Assembly (NCBI RefSeq): GCF_004010195.1
Contig: NC_057719.1
Location: 56,363,079 to 56,427,078, forward strand
DNA from: Chiloscyllium plagiosum
Lineage: Eukaryota
Reading direction: 5' to 3'
DNA length: 64,000 nucleotides
Shown here: positions 1 to 12,600 of the stretch, one piece after another
Position numbering within the stretch: the first letter of the stretch is position 1
Layout of the letters: the number at the start of each line of letters is the position of its first letter
Position numbers and translations under genes: made by a program
The notes under the pieces: model-generated
What the model saw: only the letters and a program-made list of their open reading frames with translations
Database searches by the model: none
What the model was told of the DNA's origin: nothing

Positions 1-388
1 GGATCTGATTGAGACATATTAGATTATTAAAGGATTGGACACTCTGGCAGCAGGAAACATGTTTCCGCTGATGGGTGAGTGCCGAACCAGAGGACACAGC
101 TTAAAAATACGGGGTAGACCATTTAGGACAGAGCTCAGGAGAAACTTCTTCACCCAGAGAGTGGTGGCTGTGTGGAATGCTCTGCCCCAGAGGGCAGTGG
201 AGGCCCACTCTCTGGATTCATTTAAGAAGGAGTTGGATAGAGCTCTCAAAGATAGTGGAATCAAGGGTTATGGAGATAAGGCAGGAACAGGATACTGATT
301 AGGAATGATCAGCCATGATCATGTTGAATGGCGGTGCAGGCTCGAAGGGCTGAATGGCCTACTCCTGCACCTATTGTCTATTGTCTAA
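1..388 (+). mobile_element. CR1/HER1-type LINE 3' end
   Basis: ORF2 tail TRGHSLKI...RRNFFTQRVV.VWNALP; 3' UTR ends in repeated tattgtc. Confidence 0.9.
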
Positions 389-585
389 AGCTGGTCAGTT
401 GAAAATCTGCTCATTTTAGTGTAAAGTCTATTTGGAGAACTAATGCATTTTTAACTTAATTTATTACAATTTAATATCCAGAATTGATTGAACTGCCACG
501 ATTTTTTCATTTGTACAAAAATAAGTTAAGATCTATCTTTATTAATTATTTATCTATAGTTTAAAACAATTGTTCTCATTTTCAG

Positions 586-663
586 TACAAAGAATTTGAA
601 TCATCTGTAAAGAATGCTGCTGACTTAAAAGAATCAACAGAAACAACAACTTTACAGCTTCAG
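586..663 (+). CDS. MIA2: MIA2 exon (YKEFESSVKNAADLKESTETTTLQLQ)
   Basis: ttttcag acceptor, CAG|gtaagg donor, 78 nt, phase 0-0. Confidence 0.82.
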
Positions 664-3600
664 GTAAGGATATTGTGAGTTAGAGTTTCAGGAAAAATAA
701 TTGAATAAGCTGGCCAGAAGATTGAGGATGAGTGAAATTTAAAATTATCTTTTAGAGCTATAACCCAAAATATATTGTCAAGTATATGTGGATCTGTTCT
801 ATGTTCTTCTATGAGTCCAAAAGAATTGATACTGAGGAGTGCTCTAAGGAGCACCTACTATTTTGTCATATGGACTTGTGGGGAGAACAGCTTTGGGTTT
901 TGGAGGAGTGAGATCTAACATCCAAGTTCTCCTCATAGTCACTGTAACTGACAGCTGTAAACTTGACCCTATTTCGTGAACACCCACAAGGTATTAATGG
1001 TGCTGCCAGTGAAAGAAAAGGCACAACCTGATCACGATACCCAATATCAGGGTGTTCCACCCCACCAAGTGAACTCCTCTCACCGTCACTCTCAAGTGGC
1101 CTGGATTCCTCATCAATGCTAGAGATCTTCCTGTGTGCATTGTCAGCAGCTACACTTCCAATGACAGCTGCATAACCCTGATTGATTGGTGACTTGAGGG
1201 TAGGGGAGGAATGGTGGAATTTTTGCCCCCAGAGGGATCCTGTGGAAGACTTGGTGTTGCCTAGTTGAGCATTTGAGACTTTCCAAAGAGGGCAGTGTGT
1301 GTTTAACAGATCAACATCCATGTTTTGAATTAAACAGTAGAAGACTTTTTGGAGATTTACAAAAGCTTCGTTGTAAATTTATAGTTTAACTCAAATACCA
1401 GTTTAATTATTCTCTTCTCCTTTCTTCATCCAGAAGCCAACCCCACGAGAGAAGAACTCAGCTCTATCTTTTTAAATAAACCAAATAACCAGATTAAGAA
1501 AAAAAAAACTGCTCACCAAGAATATTGTATTATTAATCAAAACCTGAAAACAGGGGTAAATCTGGGGGGGGGGGTGTTGGGAAACTAAATCAAAATAATG
1601 TTGGGTGGGGTGGGGGAAGCTAATATATCCCAGATCCTACAGTGGCCACTGTAGAATCCAGCTGTTTTTAAAGGCATTTTCTAATCAGCCCATTCAGGCA
1701 TGTAATTACACACTTCTGGAGCAGGTGGAACTTGAATCTGGGTCTTCTGGCCTAGAGGCTGCAACACCCCTACTTTGTTGTCTCACAAGTCTTCCCTAAC
1801 TGTAGATATTTATAATCAGTCTGGTCAGATGTGTTATGAGGGAACTCGGGACTTTTGACCCAAAGGTAGAGACACTCCCACAGCACAACAAAAGCACCAA
1901 CTCTCTTTTTCTGAAATAAAGAAACCCACCACCAAATTAGCCAATCACCAGTGAACTACCACGAGGGACTGTGTAAAAATAACAGGAAAAAAAGAAGGGG
2001 ACGAAAGCAAAATAGTGTTGGAGGGGGAAATAATGCACCCAGCCCCCTCAATGTCCAGTTAATAACCCAGTTTTCATTTTCCAATCTTAGCCCAACTTTA
2101 GAAATTCTATCCTAGTTTAAAGATATTGTTACTGAATCTTGTGCAGATATTTATTGATATGCCTCTGGAGTGGGTGGGAATTGATCTTAGTCTACTACCA
2201 CTGTGCCACAAGTATCCTAATTTTTCTTTTTTGTGTGACTATTGATTTATTTTAATCTACAAAGATTAATTTCATGTAGATATTTACTAATAACCCTGCT
2301 TGAAGATATTATTGTACAGCTCTGGAGTAGTTGAGACTTGAATTCAGGCCACCTGATTCAGAGATGGGGATACTATCACTGCACCACAAGAACCCTTACG
2401 AACCAGTTCGGTTTTTTTTTAATCAATCTGTTCAGATATGTTATGGCACAGCATTGGTGTAGATGGGACTTGAGCCCAATTCTTCTAACCCAGTGGTAGG
2501 AACATTATAATTACATTATTAGAGCACTCCAGAGCCCAGTTCTTTAGATATTTTATAATCAGCATGTCCACAGATGTTATTGCATCCCAGTGATGCCTTT
2601 CAATAACTGTGTTGATAATGTCAACTTTTTCATCAGTGATGCAGCTCTTTCCCTTCAGTGTAATATTAGCACTAAACAGCTTTCATTATGCTCACCACTA
2701 CTGTGTTCTAAACCAAACATTCTGAATTGATCATAATTTGAAGTATATCTCTGAGATTGTTTTGCATATTTAGCATTTTCACACCCTTCTGACTACTTAA
2801 TTTTCTTTTCTTTGTGTTTCTCATTTCACAATTGAACTATTTACTGCCAACTAATTCCCTTTTTCAAGAATCATGTATTTCAGACTATACCAATAATTAT
2901 CAAAGAGAAAGATATAAAGTGGGAGTTGGCAGTGATTAGTTTGTAATTTCAAATATTCGATTAGGAATTCCACCATCATGTGCAGATTTTTAATATGGGG
3001 ATTTTAAAATAATCAGTCTTCCCTGTTGCCATTTTATAAAATTAATTTTACAACTGCAGATACAGCTTAGAACAGACTCAGGTTTATGTGTTGGATGTTT
3101 GTGTGAGGGAAGGAAGAAGGTTGCAATCTTGCTACATCAAAAGAAAATCTGATCCAATTAAAGTTTTTATGCTTTTCCAAATTAAGTTAAGTTAAAATGT
3201 CCTTATTCTTGATTTCAGATGGTGGCAAAAGGGTGTTAAAATAGCTTTGAGGGGCTAAGTTTTTTTTTTGCAGTTGAGTTTTTCTGTACAGGTGAGATGA
3301 TGTTTAGGATCAACTTCATTTGTAAAACTTTTTCTTAGGACGCATATGCCAAGTTGGATAAGTCAAATGGCAATCTTAGACAAACCATTGATCAGCTCAC
3401 ACAGGACCTAGAAGAAGAAAAGCAAACCAGATCCCAATGCAGCAATTTGGTATGTAGTAACTGAGCAGTTCCATTTTTTTTTTAAATTTTAATCCATTGT
3501 TAACTATTTAGTTATAAATGCTAAATAGTTAGCATTTATAACTAACTAACAGCTGTATAAAAGTGTTGTCAAATGTATGAAGAAAGCTGGAAGTATAGGT

Positions 3601-6600
3601 CCTGTATAGTTTTAATTGCAAGTTTACTGCTTGCAGATTACAGAAATCCGAGCAAATTTAACTACCCTAGAAAATGAAGCACAGAACCTTCAAGTCCAAA
3701 TTGAAGAGGTAAGGCATACAACACACAATTGAGTAATGCTGATTTGTTTACAATGAGACAGAAAAGAATTCAATGTCTGTTTGTATTTTAAGACTACAAC
3801 TGAATTAAAAGCAATTCAGATTAACAACTCCAAGCATCAGGAATCCTTCCAAACTGCGCAAGAAGAAAATTATCATCTTAAACAAAGCAAAGAACAGGTA
3901 TGGCTGAAATATTTCACTCAAACATTTTATATCCTGCAAAGTATAAAATGTATCTGTTTGGCCTTTGTTTCTTCAAGGATGCTAACTGATATTGTGTATA
4001 GAATAACAATGAGCTATGGCAGTGATAATCTAATGGTGATTAACTAGAGATGCGTTTAATAATAATTAAAGAGGGTTTAGTATGATTTGTTTGAATTTTT
4101 TTACCCTTTTATGTTGTAATATGTTTTTTCCTTTCACCATCTTGCAGCATAAACTGTGTTTCATACAAAATGAGAACCAATGAAACATTCTCCAAGCTTC
4201 TCACCATCTTGTGCAGCATCTAATAGCTAAGAGATATTGAAGTTAACTTTTGCAAATCGTTTTCTTTCTCCCTTTCTATAGGATAGTGCCTAGCTTCCAA
4301 TCTCCAGTTTTTGATAAGTGTCCTGATTAAGATTTGGAATTTATTTTGTATAATCATGGCTATTCATTTGTAACCAAGTTCACTAGGTTGTATTTTTGAA
4401 TATCAAAAGTTACAATGTTTTCTTTCCAGCATTGTCTAATAACAGTTTGTCACTGTATATTTAATTTCTTCTCAGTTCAAATTTTTGAGCCTTTGTGCAG
4501 TTTTGTGCTGGACTTGTGGATCTGGATGCAAGTTCACTTTTACGTTCTATTTTATAACTAAGTGGATAATTGTATTTGTTATAACTGAGATGCAGGTTCT
4601 TGATCGGATCAAATGTTTTGAATGTATTGATTATACCCCACTATGTAGCGGGTGTCTTACAAGCCATTCTCATGATTGTATTCTATAGCTATTGCAAGAA
4701 TCAGAAGGATGGGAGGAGCGGTACAGTGAACGTTCTGAACAAATTAAATTATGCGAGAAGACACAGAAAGATATTCGGAGAGTTTTTGCAAGTAAAGAGA
4801 ATGAGGTGAAGGTAAGGTCTTGTTCCTATAAAATCAAGTAATAATGCAAGCAGTTCTTAAAAATATTCATTTCTGATTTTTCTTTATTTACAGACTCTGA
4901 CAAGCTGCCTTCTAAAGATGAAATTATGGAATGTACCTGAGGAGGAAAGTCCTGCTGAAGGTAATAGCTAGGGCAAAATGGATCTAAACCTGAAAATGGG
5001 GAGTGCTTAGCTAGTGATTCAGTGAATTAATATTAGGTCTAATTGAAGAGTTTTTTTCTAAGAAAACCAGCTAAATCTAGTTGTTGGTGTGTTTGCTGGT
5101 ACCAATAATAGTCTGGAAAAAGAAGATTAAAAAAAAGGAACAGGAGAAGATCATACAGCCCAATCAAGCCTGATCTGCCAGACTTAGGACTTTGTCCCTG
5201 CCTTCCTGTTCAAACCCTGCCTTCCTGTTCAATCCCTGAAAAAGCAATCAGCCTATCTGCAGTTTAAATATTTTCAATGATGGTGCATCTGTAACTCTCA
5301 AGTTAGAGCCTTCCAAAGATTCACAACACTTTGGAAAAGATTTCTCCACATCTCGCTGTGCTAGTTCTGCCATCTTTAGTGACATATGCTCATAAATCTC
5401 TCTCTGCTCCTGCACATCTTTTACTATAGTGCCCTCTTTATAACGTATCCTCATGTTATTTATACCAAATGAATTACTTCATATGTATCTTCATTGAATT
5501 TTATTTGCTACCCACTCACCTGCCTAGTTCACCAACTTGTCCATGTTGTTTTGTAGCATTACAGCACCCTCACAGTTTACAATGTTTCCAACTTCTGTAC
5601 CATTGCAAACTTGGGTATTGACTTCAGCACATTAAGAGATTATTAATATAAAGCAGGAAAATAAATGGTTCTGTAACCTGACCCTTGGGGAATGCCACCA
5701 CAAACCTTCCTCCAGCCTGAAAAATATCCTTTAACTCTGTCTTCCTTTCCTTCAACTGATTTTGTATCCACATTGCTATTGTTCCTTTAGTCCACAAGCT
5801 ATACCTTTTCTCACAACTCTCTATATTGAATACCTTTTGAAAGTCCATGTAATCACGTCAACAGCATTACCCTTATTGTGGGCTCCTCAAAAATCTCCAG
5901 AATTTCTTTATTGTTAAGATTGTTCTGACAATTCAGAAATTACCCTGGTACTAAACCCCCAGCCATCCATTGAAAGTAGCTATTTCTCAAAATATGGGGT
6001 AATAATTGTTTAGCTGTTTTATTTATTTTGTAGTGTTATTTGCTTACAGCATCAATTAATTTGTTTGTTTGTTTGTTTGTTTTAATACAAATGATGCAAA
6101 TCTCTTGCTGAAGTTCAGGTGCTTTCCTACATATGTCCTTATTCGGTAGCAGTGATATTGACTGGAAAAATAGGGAGAAGTTTTGGGAGTTTGAACAGAC
6201 CTCCAAAGTAGAGTTTAAAAATACATAAGGATTAATTGTGATTTACTTCTTCAAAAAAAATCTTGTTACATACAACGCATGTCATAAAAAACACTTCAAC
6301 ACTTTAATAACTCATATTTAATAACTACTTACCACAACCCTCTTGCTCGCTGCCTCTTTTGCCCACTGCTTTCCTTCTCCTTGTCAACCCTCTCACTTGC
6401 CATTTCACTCCACAATGATCTCACTCACTCCATTCTCCTGTTTGCTGAACCATCAGCTTACCATTTCCCTCACTGACCCTTTGGCGTGCTGCTTCCCTCT
6501 CTGAACCGTTGTGAGCAAAAGCAAAAGCCCGTTGTGGGCTTAAGAGATGGATAACAAAAGCAAGGAAGTGCAAGTGGGAGGGAAGGAGAAAGTGGCACAG

Positions 6601-9600
6601 GCAGCTTGTGGGAAATTTGTGAGGGACGTGGTGAGTAAAGGAGACATGGTAGGAAGGTGAGTATAGGAATGGCACTAAACATGAGGATGGTAATGAGTAG
6701 GAGAATTAGTGAGCAGATTAATGACAGCAAGCTGATAGCTCAGTGAAAGGCTACAGCAAAGCCACGTTCAGGCCACAGATGGCTCAAGGGCCAGATTCTG
6801 AATAGTACTGCTGAATAGGATGTAGTAATATCATTTTTATCTTTTGAACACTGTCCTAAGTTCTGATTGAAGGAGCTGGATCAACTAATTCTGGTTAAGG
6901 ACCTTCCCACTAATATGTCACACTTTCACTTAGTATGTGTGCTTCCAGGTTGATTGGTGTTAAATTTCATGGCCCTTTTTATCCTAAGTTTTGGATTCTC
7001 AGGATGCTAACTTGTTTGTCTAAAACATGTTTTTTTTTGTGTATTAGAAATGTCAGAAGAACAGCAAAAGGAAAAAATTGAAAAATTGATTTATTTTGCG
7101 AAGGTAAGTTACAGTTTGCGGTATAATCTCTATGCTATGTCACTTGTTTTCATACTTTCTAATAAGATATTCCTGGGCAATATTCTATCTTTCTGATGCT
7201 CCACATAATGTACTTGCTTTGAAATGTGTGAATAAATGTTAAGTTTTACAGTATGCCAACATATCCTAATATTCTTTGTACTACTGGAGAGATAGTGATT
7301 CTCATGGAAAAATGAAACAGCTAGTACCATTAACTGTTGTTCAATGTACAGAACAACCTCAGTTAGCCGAACTTCAATTATCCTGTATAAACGCTATCTG
7401 CTATCTGAACTCTCAGTTATCCAAACAAAATACTCCCGCCCATCATGTTTGGACAATCGAGGTTGTTCTGTGCTGCATTTTGGAGAAATGAACTGGAGTG
7501 CTACTGCACTGCTGCTTCCATTCAACAAAACATGAAAAAAAACTTAGCATAACTTAGCTTAGCCCTTTCTTGTCCCTAATTAATTTATAAAGTATTTTTA
7601 ATATATAAAGCACATTGTCCTCGATGTATCACCGAACCACAATTTTACACAAACGGAACCAGAGTGAAATCTTGTGGAGATGTAAAGGGTCTCTGCCACT
7701 GGCTGAAGTGTTGCAAGAGCCCTGAGCACAGCTTTTCAGGAAGGCTTGCCACATTTTGTTCCACTCAGGCACTTGAAAGGCCAGCAGCAGGCTCTACGCA
7801 GAATCAGGAGCAAGTGGGGAATGATCTGTCTTCCAAGAGCAACAAGTCAATCAGCAGCAAGGTCCCCTCCCCACCCCAAAGCCCCCATGGTTAACTTCAA
7901 GAAAGATAAGAGAGTAGGCAGTTAGTCCAGGTGTCTTCTATGGCTATCCCCATTTCAAACAGATATGCTGTTTTGGAAAATGTAGGGGGTGATGGATTCT
8001 CAGGGGAATGTATTGAAACTGGCTTTAATGCAATGAGGGCTATGTTGTGTTCCAACAGATCAATTGTGTTAGGGGACTTTCTAGTCTGAGGTACAGAGAG
8101 ACATTTCTGTGGCCAGCAGAGAAAAGTCAGAATGGTGTGTTGCTTCCCTGGGCCAGGATCAAGGATGTCTCCGAGAGAGTGCAAAATGGGGGAGAGGGGC
8201 CAGCAGGAGGTCATTGTACACATTGGAACCAATAACATTGGAAGGGAAAAGGTTGAGATTCTGAAGGGAGATTTCAGAGAGTTAGGCAGGAATTTAAAAA
8301 GGAGGTCCTCGAGAGTAGTAATATCTGGATTACTCCCGATGCTAAGAGCTAGTGAGGGCAGGAATAGGAGGACAGAGCAGATGAATACATGGCTGAGGAG
8401 CTGGTGTATGGGAGAAGGATTTGCATTTTTGGATCATTGGAATCTCTTTTGGGGTAGAAGTGACCTGTACAAGAAGAACGAATTGCATCTAAATTGGAAG
8501 GGGACTAATATACTGGCAGGGAGAGTTGCTTGAGCTGCTCAGGAGGATTTAAACTAGTAAGGTGGGGGGGTGTGGGACTGTCCAAAATCTGTCCACCATC
8601 CGCAAGACACAAGTTGGGAATGTGATGGAATACTGTTAAATTGCCTTGAAGCACCAGCAATAATCAGAAAAAACACACACATACCATCTGAAACAAAGCA
8701 GCCCACTTGATTCGCACCTATTCAGCACCTCAAACTTCATTCCCTCCACCCCCAGAGTACTGTGGCAGCAGTGTGTGTACTGTCTACAAGATGAGCTCAC
8801 CAAGGCTCCTTTAACTGTGCCTTCAAAACATGTGATCTTGATCACCCAGAAGAACAAGGCAGAAGAAATATGGGGAATTCATCACCTGTAGGTGTCCCTT
8901 CCACTTCCCATCCTGCGTTGGAAAAATCTCACTTTACTTTCCTCCACTGTGTCAAAAACCTGTGGCAAATCTAATCTGACTGCAGTGATTCAAAGTGATG
9001 TCTGATCGCCATCTGGATAAGGACAGTCTAGAATGGGCAATAGCTGATAGCCTTTATGGTCACACTGTCGTTTCAAGAATGAATATAAAAAATATACATA
9101 AAATAATTGATCCAGCACAGGAGACCATCATTCAGCTCATCAGGCCCGTGAGAATGAAAATTGTCCCTATATAATTTGCTGATATCAATTTGCCAGAAAT
9201 TAGCCACTTAAAATAAAATAAAAGCTTTAAAACTCCATTGTGACAATGTGATGTTTGTAACTATTGTTTTGAAATACTTTTAAATCTCTTTTAGTTAAAT
9301 GCTGAGTTGAAGTCGGCAGAAGATGAAAGAAATCAGATTTACAGCAAGTTATCTGATGAAATCAAAGCAAAGCAAGAGCTGATGGGTAAATACAAGAACT
9401 TGAAACATTCATCTATTCATTGTAGAATATTACTATATCATGTGTCTGTTTTTAAGAAGCAGATTGCATCAGTACATGGTTGGAAAGTTCCATTCCAGTG
9501 TTGGTTTTTATTTGAGGAATTTTCTTAAGCAACATTTTTATTTCCTTTATAACCAGTTTGAGGTTTTCCCTCTTCGAGGTTTAGTACATAGAACAGTACA

Positions 9601-12600
9601 AGCCATTCACCCCTCTATGTTGTGTTGACCTTTTATCCTACTCTAAGGCTAAACTAACCTACATGCCCTTCATTTTACTATCATCCATGTGTCTATCCAA
9701 GTATTACTTAAATGTCCCTCAAGTATCTGACCCTACTACCACTGCTGGCAGTGCATTCCACACACCCACTACTCTCTGTGTAAACAACTGACCGCTGACA
9801 TCTCCCCTAAACCTTCCTCCAATCACCTTAAAATTATGCTCCCTCATGATAGACATTTCTGCCCTCGGAAATAATCTCTGACTATCCACTCTATCTATGC
9901 CTCTCACCATCTTGTACACCTCTATCAAATCACCTCTTATCCTCCTTTGGTCTAGTGAGAAAAGCCCTAGCTCCCTCAACCTTTCTTCATAAGCCATGCT
10001 CTCCAGTCCAGGCAGCATCCTGGTAAACCTCCTCTGCACCCTCTCTAATGCTTCCACATCCTTCCTATAATGAGGTGACCAGAACTGAATACAATATTCC
10101 AAGTGTGGTCTAACCGGGGCTTTATTGACCTGCAGCATAGCCTTGCGGCTCATAAGCTCAATTCCCCTGCCGATGAAAGACAACACACCATACGCCTTCT
10201 TAACAACCTTTTCAACTTGGGTGGCAACTTTGAGAGATCTATGGATATGGACCCCAAGACCCCTTTATTTCTCCACACTGCAAAGAATCCTGCCTTTAAC
10301 CCTCTAATCTGCATTCACATTTGACCTTCCAAAATGAATCAGTTCACACTTTTCCAGGTTGAACTCCATCTGCCACTTATTAGCCCAGTTCTGCATCCTG
10401 TCAATTGCCCGTTGCAACCTACAAAAGCCCTCCAAACTATCTATCACTCCAACAACCTTCATGCCATTGGCAAGCTTACGAACCCACCCTCCACTTCCTC
10501 ATCCAATTCATTTATAAAAATCGCAAAGAGCAGAGAGCACAGAACAGATTCCTGCAGAGCACCACTGGTCACCAAGCTCTAGGCTAAATATTTTCCATCA
10601 AATACTACTCTCTGTCTTCTATGGGCCAGCCAATTCTATATCCAGACAGACAGGTTTCCCTGTATCCCATGCCTTCTTACTTTCTGAATGAGCCTACCAT
10701 GGGGAACCTTATCAAACGCCTTGCTAAAATACATATACACGACATCCACTGCTCTACCTTCATCAATGCATTTTGTCACATCCTCAAAGAATTCAATAAG
10801 GCTCTCACAAAGCCATGCTAACTATCTCTAATCAAGCTATGCTTTTCCAAATAATCATAAATCTTATCTGTCAGAATCCTCTCCAGTAATTTCCCTACGA
10901 CCAATGTAAGACTGACTGATTGATTGGTCTGTAATTCCCAGGGTTATCCCAATTCCAGGTCATTGAACTTCAAACTGAGCTACACATCTTCTCTAAAATT
11001 GCTTATCCCTATTCCCTTTCTTGAACAAGGGAATAACATTTGCCACTCTCCAATAATCTGGCAGTACTGAAGCGGACAGTGAGGACACAAAGATCATCGC
11101 CAAAGGCGCAGCAATCTCTCTCCTCGCATCCTATAGTAACCTTTGGTATCTCCTGTCTGTCCCAGGGGACTTATCTATTCTCATGTTTTTTTTAAATTTC
11201 TAGCTCATCCTCCTCCTTAATTCAGCTTGTTTCACACTGTCCTCACAAACGATAAGGTCCCTCTCATGTTTGAATACTGAAGCAAGTATTCATTAAGGAC
11301 TTCCCCTACCTCCTCTGACTCAATCCCACCCTCCTACACCAGCTCTTCAGCCACGTGTTCAGCTGCACTCGCTCTCTGTTCCCTCCACTTTCCTTGATTG
11401 GCCCTACCCTCACTGTGGCCATCCTCTTGTTCCTCACATAAATGTAGAACGCCTTAGGGTTTTCGTTAATCCTACCCGCCAAGGCTTTTTCATGCCCCCT
11501 TCTCGCTCTCCTAATTCCATTATTCAGTTCCTTGTTGGCTACCTTGTAACCCTCTCGAGCCCTGTCTGATCCTTGTCTCCTCAACCTTAAGTTTCCTTCT
11601 TCTTCTTGACTAGATGTTCTACATCTCTTGTCATCCAAGGTTTTTTACCCTATTATCCCTTCCTTGCCTCAGTGGAACAAACCTATTCAGTACTTGCAGC
11701 AAGTGCTCCCTAAACAACCTCCACATGCATTTCCCTGTAACTCCCCCTCCCCCAATTAAATATTTTCCCATACCGTCTGCACCTGTCCCTCTCCATTACT
11801 ATAGTAAAGGTCAGGGAGTTATGATCGCTATCACCGAAATGCTGTCCCACCAAAAGATCTGACGCCAGATCTGGTTTGTTGTCAAGCTCCAGATCCAATG
11901 TGGCCTCCCCTCTAGTCGGCCCATCTACATATTGAGTCAGGAACCCTTCCTTGGCACACCTGACAAAGTCTGCTCCATCCAAACTATTGACAGTAAGGAG
12001 GTTCCAATCAATATTATGGAAGTTGAAGTCACCCATGATAACAACCCTGTTACTTCTACACATTTCCAAAATCTGCCTCCCAATCTGCTCCTCTGTGTCT
12101 CTGTTACTATTGGGGGGTTCTATAGAAAGCTCCCAATAAAGTAACTGCTCTTTTCCACCCATAATGACTCAGTAGACAAACCCCCTTTGACAACCTCCCT
12201 TTCTGCAGCTAATATGCAAACCCTGATTAGCAATGCCACTCCCCCACATTTTAACTTCTCTCCTTATTCCTTTTGAAATACCTAAACCACTGAACATCCA
12301 ACAACCACTCCTGCCCCCATGATATCCAAGTCTCCATTATGGCTACAGCATCGTAGCTCCAAGTACTGATCCATGCTCCAAGTTTATCACACTTATTCCT
12401 GCCGCTTCTTGCCTTAAAATAGATAGACTTCAAACCATCACACTAACAGTAACTTTGCTCTATCAATTGTCTATCCTTCCTCTCAGACTCTCTGCATATT
12501 GATTCTGCATGTTCACCAGATACCCCACCCTCTGATCCCTAGCTCCGGTTCCCATCCTCCTGCCAAAGTAGTTTAAACCTTCCCAAAGTACGCTAGCAAA

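Noticed and set aside
4894..5010. MIA2 as a pseudogene because of the in-frame TAG just after 4960
   Set aside because: An in-phase donor at 4960 avoids it, and all other exons are open with intact splice sites
6340..6720. Pyrimidine-rich block followed by purine-rich block as a fold-back element
   Set aside because: Only compositional complementarity; no alignable arms or TSD found
8132..8533. Host or horizontally acquired SGNH hydrolase gene
   Set aside because: Frameshifted CR1 ORF1 esterase domain, homologous to 12600-13096
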